From Lama glama (lineage: Eukaryota): 64,000 nucleotides of DNA. The stretch covers positions 18,726,001 to 18,790,000 of the forward strand of contig CM052816.1 in NCBI GenBank assembly GCA_028534125.1. The letters run 5' to 3'. Every line of letters begins with the position of its first letter. Within the stretch, counting starts at the first letter, position 1. The notes under the pieces are model-generated. The model searched no databases, was not told the origin of the DNA, and worked only from the letters and a program-made list of their open reading frames with translations. This document shows, in pieces, positions 53,552 through 64,000 of the stretch. Position numbers and translations under genes: made by a program.

Positions 53552-54007
53552 AGAACACCCTCTGCTGTCTGTCATCCTGCAGCATCTGCAGCAGCAAGCC
53601 TGCGTCCCCCTCCTGGTGGGGACGTCCTGGGAGCCTGCACATGACCTGCCAGGAAGGGCCAGGCTGGGAAAACTCTCCTCCTTGGAGCGGTAGTAAGGGA
53701 AGAAGCCACTGGGTGGTCCTGAGTCCTCTGGGAACAGCCCCTCTCTGATACTCTGGTCTCTTCCTCGGTCCCTGCAAACCTCAGGGGCCAACTCCTCCTC
53801 AGCCAGGAGCTGCCCGTAGGTGCGGAAGAAGGGCAGGTACTCCAAGGCCACTCGGGGCCCATGGGAGAAGTCAAGGTTGCTGAGGGGCTCACTGCCCCTT
53901 GCACTGGTGGCCTGTAGTTGCTGGGATGGAGGCTCTGAATTGTCCTCCTCCAGGAGGCCCAGAGAGGGCAAAACTTGGGGTTCAGCCTCGCAGCTCTTCT
54001 GGGAAGT
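53552..54007 (-). CDS. Unidentified protein-coding gene candidate, penultimate exon
   Basis: cctttctcttcccag| TSQKSCEAEPQ...ALEYLPFFRTYGQLLAEEE...SGFFPYYRSKEES...TDSRGCS |gtgagt; 456 nt open, phase 0 at both ends. Confidence 0.65.
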
Positions 54008-54059
54008 CTGGGAAGAGAAAGGTGTTCCACCTGGTATTGCATCCAACTTCCCCAGCCCC

Positions 54060-54900
54060 TCCAGCTCCCTCCCCAACTCCTGCCTACGTTGGTGGCTCTC
54101 TTTGGTTAAAACCCAGCGGTGGCTCCCAACCATGGTCAGGTTACCCACAAGCCTCAGAGGACCCAGCCCTGCCAGCATCTGCAACCTCATGGTGCATCCT
54201 CCTCCCTGCAGGACACACTGATCTTCTTGCCCTTCCTCAGTCACACCAAGCAGATCCCGCTTTAGAGCCTGTACTTGGATCTGCTCTTGGACCTCTGAAG
54301 CCTTCCCAGTCCCTGCCTTCACCGGGTGATTCTGGATCACTCTGCCTTCACTTCCGCTCTGAAATGTTTTTCTTGGTCAATGGTCTGCCTGCTGTGTGTG
54401 GTGGTCTTGTCTGTCTGGTGCTCCTGGCTCACTGGAGGCACTCAACTGATACTTTGCCAACAAATGACCTGTCTAATCTGCTGACTCTCAGTGCATCTCA
54501 CGTGCCCTTCACTCTGGCCAGTCCAGCCACACAGACCTTCTCTCAGTCTTTCTCACTCACCAAGCATCCTCTTGCCACAGGGCCTTTGCGCTTGCTAACG
54601 CTGCTGCCTGGACTCTCCCCCCTCTTCTTTTTCCTCATTGACAGCTTCTCCAGCTCTTGGCTTAAGGTCATTTCCCTTACTGCCCTGATTTAGCTGCCTC
54701 ACTCTACCATGGACTCCCACCACCCTGATACCACTCATTCAGAACGCAACACCATTCCTCTGCTGGGAAACATTCATCTGCATGATTACTTGATTAATAC
54801 CTTTCATTCCACTAGTTAAAAATCCTGTCTTCTGTATCCTTGGGGCCAGAACAGCTCTGGCATACAGTAGATATCAAATATTGGAAGAAAGAAAAGGAAG
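54060..54900 (+). mobile_element. L2 fragments
   Basis: ttaaaacccagcggtggctccc, ggcactcaactgatact, gccacagggcctttgc, tctggcatacagtagatatcaaatatt. Confidence 0.65.
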
Positions 54901-55609
54901 GTTGGAGGGAAAGAAGGAGAAAGGAAGAATACTGAACTGTACTTTGCCAGGAACAAAGTCCAATGTCACAGGAGGGAGAAGCCACGTCTTGGGGGGAGTG
55001 TGGGGTGGGGAGTGAGGAATTACTTCCCAGGCCCTGAAGGGATATAGGGGCCCAGAACACCTATCTATCTGTGAAGAACCAGCCCATCTCCACCTTTGCG
55101 TGTCAGGGCCATGGGTACATGCTGGGGTTCATGGGTACACATGTGGCCTCTGGGTCCCACAGGAGTGACCTATTGTGGTCTGGCCCTGGCCTCCTTCACT
55201 CTCACTGGGGCCTCTAGGCCTTGAGCCCTTCCTCCCCCATCACATGCCATGGGTCCTTGCTGGCCTCAACTCCTGTGTGCAGTGTGACCACAATGCAAGG
55301 TCTAAACCTTGGTAAGTGCCTGCTGTCCCACAGACTGCAAATTCCTGAAGGTCAGGGACCAGGCCCTCCTCTGAGTCCCGCGTGCCCATCTCAAGCCACT
55401 TTGCAGAGTTTCTGCCACTTTCCAGACACCCCATGGGCTGTGCTGGGCAGCCCTCTCTCTGCTGTAGCCCTTAGGGGGCCCATGAGGACAGACTTGTCCT
55501 TCCAGCTTTGCAGCACCAAGAAAATAGGACAGACTAGTGGCTGTGCCAGGGTTTGAGGCCAAGTCTGCCCTGCTCTGAAGCCTGTGCTCTTTTCACTGTG
55601 ACTTACATG

Positions 55610-56046
55610 GCATCATGGGTTGAATACTGTCCCCGATAAGATATGAGGTCCTAACCCCTGGTACCTGTGAATGAGGCCTTATTTGGGAATAGACTTTTTG
55701 CAGATGCAATCCAGTTAAGATGAGGTTCCCTACATCCAATGACTGGTGTCCTTATAAGATGAGGGGAATTTGGAAACAGACACAGGGAGGATGTCATGTG
55801 ACAAGGGAGGCAACGATTGGGGTGATGCTGCCACAAACTAAAAATGCCAAGGATGCCAGCAACCATCAGAAGCTAGGAAGGAGAGAGGCAAGGAACAGAT
55901 TCTCCCTCTGAGCCCCCAAGAAGGAACCCTGCCCACACCTTGATTTTGGCTTCTGGCCTTCAGAACTGTGAAAGAATAAATCTGTGTTGTATGAAGCCAT
56001 CCAGTGTGTGGTGACTTGTTATGGCAGCCTGAGGACACGAGCTCAT
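55610..56046 (+). mobile_element. MLT1-type (ERVL-MaLR) solo LTR
   Basis: tgggtttgaatactgtcccc...gtgaatgaggccttatttggg...gaagctaggaag...cagaactgtgaaagaataaa...ttgttatggcagcc. Confidence 0.9.
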
Positions 56047-56205
56047 AGAGGTGGTTGGATGGCTGGTTCATGAATGAAAGGCACCTGGCACACAGATGAA
56101 GACTTGCAGGGCTCTCCCAGCACCCCCTGGTGAGCAGCTTGTGGGGAGAGGCCCATTGCCGTGACCTCGGGTGCCCTCTGTGGGCTGGGCTCACCTAGGC
56201 CTTAC

Positions 56206-56316
56206 CCTTCCTGCCATGTGGTGGCGCTGGCCTGGGTGGACCTGTGGTGGACCAGCCACTCTTCTGCACCTCACTCTTTTCCCGCCTGGGCCCTGGCTCC
56301 ACTTCCCCAGCAAGTC
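56206..56316 (-). CDS. Unidentified gene candidate, internal exon
   Basis: ctgaactccttcaatccag| DLLGKWSQGPGGKRVRCRRVAGPPQVHPGQRHHMAGR |gtaagg; 111 nt, phase 0/0. Confidence 0.4.
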
Positions 56317-56859
56317 CTGGATTGAAGGAGTTCAGGTGCACTGTGACTAACTCCTCAGAGGGGCTCAGTGTCGCTTATGCTGCCTCTCGGACACCGCCTC
56401 CAGCTTCCATTCCAGAGTCAGCAGCAGCCCCTAATTGTCAAGCTCTTGCTGAAAAGACAAAGCCTCGCTCGGCAGGTCTCTTCCTCCTGGCTTCTTATTC
56501 CCCTGGCAAATCCCTCTCTGCCTGTCAGAGTAGATTCCATCATGAAGTCACAAAGCCTGGTGCCAGGCAAGAAAGCCAGATGGCTCCGTTGCCATGGAGA
56601 CTTCTGCCCAAGCACATAACACCTGTGACCATCACCTGCCTCTTAATTCAGCTTAATCCAGATCCCCCCAGAGAATCATGGACAAAGGCAAGGCTGACAT
56701 CTTCTGGAATCAGATCAGTTCTCCAGGACGGGGCCAGCGAGCTCGCTCAGGAACTTGTGCCCAGAGACTCATGGAGCCCCCCAGGGCCTCTGGTGTGTGG
56801 GGGGGGAGGGTTCCCAAGGATCCATTCTGCTGCCTGGGGCTGTCCGGACCTCTCCTTAC

Positions 56860-57049
56860 CTGGGTGCCCCAGTCCCCTCGGGGCTGCAGGTGAGACCCGG
56901 GTCTCAGCCCTCCGTCTCGGCGGCCCCTCCTCTGTGGTTCTTCCCAGTCAGGAGTGAGCACGGGGTGAGACAGCCGTGCAAGGACGGACTGTGCCGAACT
57001 TTCTCCCGCGGAGCCAGCATCCCAAGCTTCTCTCCCAGGTCTGGTGCTT
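56860..57049 (-). CDS. Unidentified gene candidate, internal exon
   Basis: tctcttccctctgagcag| STRPGREAWDAGSAGESSAQSVLARLSHPVLTPDWEEPQRR...DWGTQ |gtaagg; 190 nt, phase 2/0, CpG-retaining. Confidence 0.45.
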
Positions 57050-57894
57050 CTGCTCAGAGGGAAGAGACCAGCATCTGTTGTCACCTCCTAGTGTCATATC
57101 CACCAGGTGATTCCCACACACGGCCGTCACTATAGACTTTCAAGTCAGGGAGTGCACCGTTGTTAGGCCATATTACAGGTTGGAGAGCTGAGTCTCAGCA
57201 CTAGGACAGCTCGGAGAAGAGGGCTTCAGAGCTAGTCTTCAGCCTTAGGGCTCAAGGCCTGGGTGTCTCCAGAACCACAGGTTTCCAGCCAAAGTGTGGC
57301 CCAGCGGGCTCCCTGGGACCAGGCAGGGCTCCCAGGGCCCAGGCAGGGCTCCCCCATCTCTCTGCCCTGGAGCCCATGTACTGTGGACCATTTAAGCTTG
57401 CTTTGCTTTTTTAGTAGCCTTAACTCTTTATTCCATGTGGAATTTATCTTTTGTAAGTGGTAATAAATAAGGCTCTAAATTTATTTTATATTTTGAATGG
57501 CTAGTCAGTTGACTCAACATCATTTATGAATAATTTATTTCTCCCCAACGTGATTTGAAACGCAGAAGTATAACCACATTCTAAATTCTTAACTATTTCA
57601 AACTTAAGTCAGTTCCTCAAATTTATTTTTCTATCCCTCTCTTTGCCTCTCTTGGTACCAATACCATATTGTTTTGATCTCTTTAGTTTTATCATAATTT
57701 TAATCTATGTTATATAGTCATCTTTAAAAAAGTCAAATTTACTGAAGTCTAATTTACCTACACCATAAAGCACATGGTTCACCAATCTACACACTCATGT
57801 AACAATCCCAAAATTAATATATAGAAATGCCTCTTTCCAAGTAATCCTCTCTCTGCTTCCCAACCCCAAGCAACAACTGATCTGCTTTGTTTGG

Positions 57895-58017
57895 AGCAGG
57901 GAGGTAATTTGGTTTACTTATTTTTCTTTATTTATTTTTAATGGAGGTACCGGGGATTGAACCCAGGACCTTGTGCAGGCTAAGCACACACTCTGCCACT
58001 GAGCTATGCCCTCCCCC
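57895..58017 (-). mobile_element. tRNA-derived SINE, camelid Vic-1-like
   Basis: Minus strand ggggagggcatagctcagtggcagagtgtgtgcttagcctgcacaaggtcctgggttcaatccccggtacctcca plus A-rich tail ending aattacctccc; A and B boxes present. Confidence 0.85.
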
Positions 58018-60678
58018 TTGGTTTGCTCTTTGATGCTACAGATTCATTTTGCTGGTTCTAGAATAAATGGAATCACACAATGTGTATTCTTTGGTGTGTA
58101 GCTTCTATTCTTTCACGTTTTGGTTTTTAGACTCATCCTTGTTTGTGGTACACTGTTAGCTCCTTTTTGTCGTTGAGCAGTGTAACATCGCATGGTATAT
58201 AACACAATGTGTTTATCCACTCACCTGCATACAGACATTTCTGTTGTTTCCATTATAACTAAAGCTGCTGTGAATAGTTATATAAGACTTTATGTGGGCA
58301 TAGCCATCATTTCTCTTAGGTAAATACTCTGAATTCCAATAGCTTGATCATATGGTAAGTGCATGTTTAACTAAATAAAAAACTGCCAAACTATTTCCAA
58401 GGTGGCTGGACCATTTTTACATTCTCAGCAGCAACGTGTGAAAGTTTTAGCTGCTTCACATTCTTGTCATCATTTTAAAATTTCTACTGTTCAAGTGGGT
58501 CTATTGTGGTATATAACTGAAGTTTTAATTTGCATTAATTACTAATGATATTTAACATCTTTTCAGGCACATGTTGTGAATTTGTGTGTCTTCATTTTTA
58601 AGTGTCTGAAACTTCTGCCAACTTTAACAATTTTATTGTTATCATGAAAATACTATAAATTGCATCTATTCAAAGTGTACAATTTGATAAGTTTTCACTT
58701 ATGTCCACACCTGAGAAGCCATCACCACAATCAGGTTAACAAATATTTCTATCAAACCCCAAATTTCCTCCTGCACTTTTGTAATCAGTCCCTCCCTCCA
58801 AGTCCATCCCCAGGCATCTATGATCTGCTCTCGGTCACTATAGATTACTGTACATATCCTTATCTTTTGGGGGGTTTGCAGAGCCTCTTGGGTATGTCAG
58901 TTTATGTCTTTCACCACATTTGGGAAGCTTTAGGTCTTTATTTCTTCAAATATTTTTTACTAGCCTATTTCTCCTCATGGTCTAGGACTCCAAAGACACA
59001 TGATAATTTTTAAAAATATTTTTTCCCACAAGTCTCTGTCCTTTTTTCCCCTATTTTTCTTTTTTTCCAGTTCCTCAGATTGTGGAATTCTTATTGATTT
59101 CTTCAAGTTTACAGGTTTTTTTCTCTCATCATCACCAATCTGCTATTGAAATCATCCAGTGAACTTTGTAATTTCACATTATATATTTTTCAGTTCTAAC
59201 ATTTCCATCTGGTTCTTTTTCATAGTTTTTATTTCTCTGTTGAGAACCTCTGTCCTTTTGTTCATTCCAAATGTGGTTTGTTAACAGCCTCTTTGAAGTC
59301 TTTGATAATTCCAGCACATGGTCACCTTGGGGCCGCCAGCTATAGTCTTTTCCCTTGAGAACTGGGCACATTTTTCTGGATCTTTGTATGCCGGGTAGTT
59401 TTGAATTGTCCCAGACATTGTGAATATTACATTGTACAAACTTGGGTCCTGTATATAATACTCAGGGAGCAGTTGATGTTTTGTTTTAGAAGGCAGTCAA
59501 CTCGGTTAGGTTCAAGCTGCAAGTTCTGTCTTACCTTCTGTATGCAGTGGGTCAAATCTAAGTTCAGTTCTCTAAGACTTTGCTGTGTTGTGCTGGTGGT
59601 TTGAGTCTGTCCTGAGCTTGGGTTTACTGATTAAGCTAAAAAGACGGGTGCCCCAAATCACAAAACTCCTTTAAAAAGTATTTATGCACATGGTTTAAAT
59701 CTGAGTTGGTTCTCAAAGTGTGGCTGTGCTGGTTTGGGTCTGTCCCACTCATATGTCACTCAGGGGTTAGGCTGAGATTTGTATGCAGATTCAAAGAATT
59801 AATGGACTCTTTTTCTGGCTCTGTCTCCTCCTGGATTAGCCCCACATTCTCTGTCCTTGAGGGGGGGTCCCCCTTCTGCCACTGCTGCTTTGCTATTGTG
59901 CTAGCAGAGCTGGCCCACTGGGCAAAGCAGAGGGGGAGGAGGGAGAAAACAAATGAACCTGGTAGTACTACCCCTACATGAATCACGCGTCCACGTTTTG
60001 ACTCTGCTCCACAATCTGCTTTGTCTACTTTTTGTGTTTTCAGCTAGTTGGTTTTTGTATTTTGTTCAGAGTTTTTAGTTATAATCAATGGGAGGAATGA
60101 ACTATATAAGTGAGCTTATGCTATCATGCTGGCACAGGGACCTCCTTTTCAAAACATTTTCTGTCAGGTTGTCTTGTTGTATTGTAAGAGCTTTTATATA
60201 TGCTGGATACAAGTCTTTGGTCAGAAATATGCATTGTGAATATTTCCAACCAAGCTGTGCCTGGCCTTTTCATTTTTTTAATAATGTCTTTCTAGGGAAG
60301 AGAAGTTTTTAAATTTGATGAAATCAACTTTTTTTTTCATTTGTGCTTTTGGTATCCTGCCTAAGAAATCTTTGCCTGTCCCAAGATTGTGACAATTTCT
60401 TTCTTTGTTTTCTTCTGGAAGTTCAATAGCTTTAGCTTTTATATTTAGGTCTATGATTCTTTTGAGTTAACTGATATGACTGGAGGTGAGGACCAAGATT
60501 TATTTTCCCATTTGGATATCCATTATGCCAACACTGTTGGTTGAAAAGACTTTCCTTTCCCTTGTTGAAATTCTTTGGCACCTTTGTCGAAACTCAATCC
60601 TATACATGTGGATCTATGTATCCTGGACTCTGTGTTCTGTTTTATTGGCTCACACCATACTGCCTTGATTACTGTCAT

Positions 60679-60886
60679 CACAGTTCTCAATCTTGGCACT
60701 ATTGACATTTTGAGCCAGATGACTCTTTGTTGGGGGTGCTATTCTGCACATTGTCGGATGTTTAGCACCATCCCTGGCCTTCTTCCACTAAATGCCCTGA
60801 GTTGTGACAACCAAGAATGTCTCCAGACGTTGCCAAATGTCCTCTGGGGTCGGGGGGCAAAAACTGCCTTCAGCTGAGAACTATTG
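60679..60886. mobile_element. MER20 (hAT-Charlie) inserted in L1
   Basis: gttctcaatcttggcactattgacattttgagccagat...tgtgacaaccaagaatgtctccagacgttgccaaatgtcc...gagaactattg. Confidence 0.9.
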
Positions 60887-62208
60887 CTGTAAATTTACTA
60901 TATGCCTTACAATCAACTACAGGAGTCTGCCAATTTTATCCTTTTGAAAAAATATTTTTTAAGTATAAAAACAAATCTGTATCCTAGGTCCTCTGCATTT
61001 TTATATAAATTTATGTTAATCTCTAAATATTTCAAGTTTTTTATATGTCTGTCTTTTTTAGTTAGTAAAATTCTCCTTTTTGAGTGTACAGATCTATGAA
61101 TTTTGACAAATACATGTCAACATGTAACCATAACTGAAATATTCTATACTTTGATTAAAGTTATCCCCTCAAATCCCTTCTGCCCTGTGACGTTCTGGTA
61201 AACCAGGTCTCAAAAACCAATAACATGACCAAGCCCTGATGGCAGAGTTTGCTCACTTCCCTGGTATAAGTACTTCTATCTGGCTGGTCCCCAAGATGCT
61301 AACCTGGCACTGCTCAACATGGACTTGGAAGAGAGGTGCACACTGTGTTCCTGTGAGCGGGTATCTCTAGTACACCACTCACTGTGCCCCTTGTAGAGAA
61401 CCCTCTCCTCACCCCCACTTAACCACTGATCTGTTATCTGTCCCTGTGGTTTTTGCCTTCCCCCTAAAATCACACAAATGGTATCATAACAAATTATGGT
61501 TATCCCATGCTTCTTGGATGTCTATCTCTGACTTCTCTACTCTGAGAGACCACTGTGCTCTGAATGAGTGTCCCCTTTCCTACTGCATTTTAAAAATGTC
61601 TTCAAGGAGAAAGCTGGGATGATTTTAGGGCTCATCTTCTTTGTTCCCTTTCTCGCCTGAAACACTGTCTTGCATTTTCTGTTTTCCATTGTCTTAAAAT
61701 CATAGTTTCCTATTTTATCCAGTTTCCTAGTTGTTCACAGTGGGAGGGCAAATTTAGTACTAGTTATTCTTCAACTGACTAGAAGCAGAAGTCCCTACAA
61801 CCAATTTTTAATAGTCACATTTATCTGCAAGGTTATTCTATGCCAGAAACCATGTCATTCATTTTTCATTGATTATTTCCACTTAATAATCCTATCAGGG
61901 GTATGTAAAGAGAAGAAAATGAGGTTTAAAGAGGTTAAGAATTTATGGAGTAATAAATGGCCAGTGGTAAACGGCAGAGCTGGAATTCAAATCTAGGCAG
62001 CTAGACTCTGAAGGTGAAGTGCTTAATCACTTTGCTACTGAAAAATGATTTTAGGTGACACACAGGGGAACAGTTTTTATTTTAATAGCAAATATACTTA
62101 ATGTATATTAGGAAAACTAACTATCACACCAAAACTATGATTTTACAGATATTTCTGCTTGGGAGAAGAATAGATTTTTTCTTCAATAAAAAATGAATCT
62201 ACTTAAAT

Positions 62209-62942
62209 GCTGGAGAGGATATGGAGAAAAGGGAACCCTCCTACACTGTTGGTGGGAATGAAATTTGGCGCAGCCATTATGGAAAACAGTATGGAGATTC
62301 TTTAAAAAACTAAAAATAGACTTAACACATGATCCAGCAATCCCACTCGAGGCATATATCAGGAGTGAACTCTAATTCAAAAATATACACGTACCCCAAA
62401 GTTCATAGCAGCACTACTTAAAATAGCCAAGACATGGAAACAACCTGAATGTCCATCAACAGATGACTGGATAAAGAAGTTATGGTATGTTTATACAATG
62501 GAATACTACTCATCCATAGAAAAGAATAAAATAATGCCATTTGCTGCAACATGGACAGACCTGGAGAATGTCATTCTAAGTGAAGTAAGAAAGAGAAAGA
62601 AAAATACCATAAGATATTATTTATATGTGGAATCTAAAAAAAAAAAGACATGAAGCTATTTACAAAACAGACTCACAGACATAGAAAACTAACAAATGGT
62701 TGCTAGAAGGGAAAGAGAATGGGAAGGGATAAATTGGGAGTTCAAGATTCGCAGATAATATTATACATAAAATAGATAAACAACAAGTTTCTACTGTATA
62801 GCACAGGGAACTATATTCAGTATCTTGCAGCAACCTATAATGAAAAAGAATATGAAAACAAATATATGTATGAAACATTGTGCTGTACATCAGACATTGA
62901 CACAACATTGTACACTGACTATACTTCAATTTAAAAAAATGG
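62209..62942 (+). mobile_element. Relatively young 5'-truncated L1 with target-site duplication
   Basis: gagaaaagggaaccctcctacactgttggtgggaat through to the A-tail; flanked by aaaaatga(a/g)tctacttaaat at 62189-62208 and 62943-62962. Confidence 0.93.
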
Positions 62943-63677
62943 AAAAATGAGTCTACTTAAATATCTGTATCACAGGTTATAATGGGATGCAAAAAGAACA
63001 TGCAGGAGATGTGAGAACACTTGTGCTGTGGGACCAGACACCACACTTTGTCCCTTCTGGTTCAGTGAATGGGGTTCCAGGCTGCCCCTGTGTCTGTGTG
63101 TATCTGTAGGTGTGGATGATGACGACTCACTTCATGTAAAGGGAATCATGTATCACAAGTTGCTTTCTTCATTCTATAACATGTGCTAGACTTTGCCCTA
63201 AACTATAAATAGAGGTTAAAGCCAGCCCCTTAGGCCTTTCTATGCAGTTGAAGCTTTTTTTTAACCTGCAAGATGTTTCAGGTGACTTGGAGAGAGCCAC
63301 TTCCTCATGGCTGCTGTGCAAGTCTAGAGTTCTGGGGTTTTGGGAGCAAGCCCTCAGTTATCCCAGCCCGCACAGAGCCGTGGAGAAAATGCATCTAATT
63401 CACCGTGCAAGCCAGAGCAACTCAAGTGTTTGGTCCAGCAGAATCCCTCTCCCCAGGCCCAACCTCCAGGGGCTGCTGCCAGTTAACAAGGCACTGGCCT
63501 TCCTGGCCTCCCTGAATCCTCATTGATCCTCACGCTCATGGCCAGCAGGACATGATCTGGCCCAGAGATGGGACTGATTTATCCAGGGTGGAGCTAGGAG
63601 TCTGCGCTGAAGAAGCACTTGAAAATCCTCACAATCCCAGGGGCAGGGATGGGGAACGCCATTCTGGAGATACTCAC

Positions 63678-63712
63678 TCGAGATCAGTGTGGCCCGTGAC
63701 TGTGAAGCCCAT
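63678..63712 (-). CDS. Unidentified gene candidate, possible start-codon exon (exon 63678-63728)
   Basis: ctgctctccctgcag acceptor; ggcATGg Kozak; MGFTVTGHTDL(E); donor GA|GTGAGT in phase 2, matching the next exon. Confidence 0.3.
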
Positions 63713-64000
63713 GCCTTTAGCCTCTGATCTGCAGGGAGAGCAGTGTCTCTGCCTGGACAGACTACAGTCTCAAGGAGGATGGACACCAGCCCTCCCTGTG
63801 TCTCACACCTCATCTGTGTAACAGGGCCATCTGCCCATCCTGCAGGAGGTTTGAAAATCAGATTTCCAGGGATGTGTGGTCCCTACACTGCTGAGTAGGT
63901 GGGGGCTTGGAGAAAGCAGAGATTCGAGAAGACGGGAGTGGTCAGAGAAGGCTGACGACAGGAGGTAAAAGGGCCCAGCTGCAGCCAGACCAAACCTGCA

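Larger units (their letters stand above)
57390..61800 (-). mobile_element. Cluster of nested old L1 fragments
   Basis: AT-rich antisense L1 3' UTR, ORF2 and ORF1 motifs (tttatccactcacct, aaactgccaaactatttccaaggtggctg, ctaagaaatctttgcct). Confidence 0.8.

Noticed and set aside
54008..54340. N-terminal third of the 276-aa ORF 53510..54340, including two good-Kozak ATGs
   Set aside because: The sequence reads as antisense L2, and a strong acceptor at 54008 explains the exon start better. A single-exon start here is not fully excluded.
55201..55510. Additional exon of the candidate gene
   Set aside because: Weak donors, stops in the frames needed, and partly L2-like sequence
57942..58017. tRNA gene
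   Set aside because: Degenerate stems, A-rich tail and insertion in an L1 indicate a SINE
63125..63175. Alternative start exon (ATG AA|GTGAGT, also phase 2) for the candidate gene
   Set aside because: Weaker Kozak context and acceptor than 63678-63728; kept only as an alternative

Overview
Mammalian genomic DNA, probably camelid, judged from a Vic-1-like tRNA-derived SINE and no recognisable Alu, Bov-tA or PRE-1 elements. It holds the complete minus-strand SLC25A48 gene: 7 coding exons, 936 nt, 311 aa, ATG at 43565 and TGA at 9978-9980. All coding splice sites are GT-AG and in phase, and there is a probable non-coding 8th exon starting at 3138. The rest is mostly L1, L2, MIR, MaLR-LTR and hAT remnants, microsatellites and a 500-N gap. 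Main discovery: about 9 kb upstream of SLC25A48 on the same strand I can assemble an intact, in-phase 5-exon reading frame of about 340 aa (63712 to 52531, AATAAA at 52010-52015). The protein matches nothing I recognise but carries three copies of an aromatic-x-P-[YF]-[YF]-R-[TS] motif, two of them in different exons. Other oddities are a promoter-like CpG/motif cluster beside SLC25A48 exon 7, a diverged local duplicate pasted into an old L1, and a TSD-flanked antisense L1 fragment. Repeat subfamily names and boundaries are by eye and approximate.
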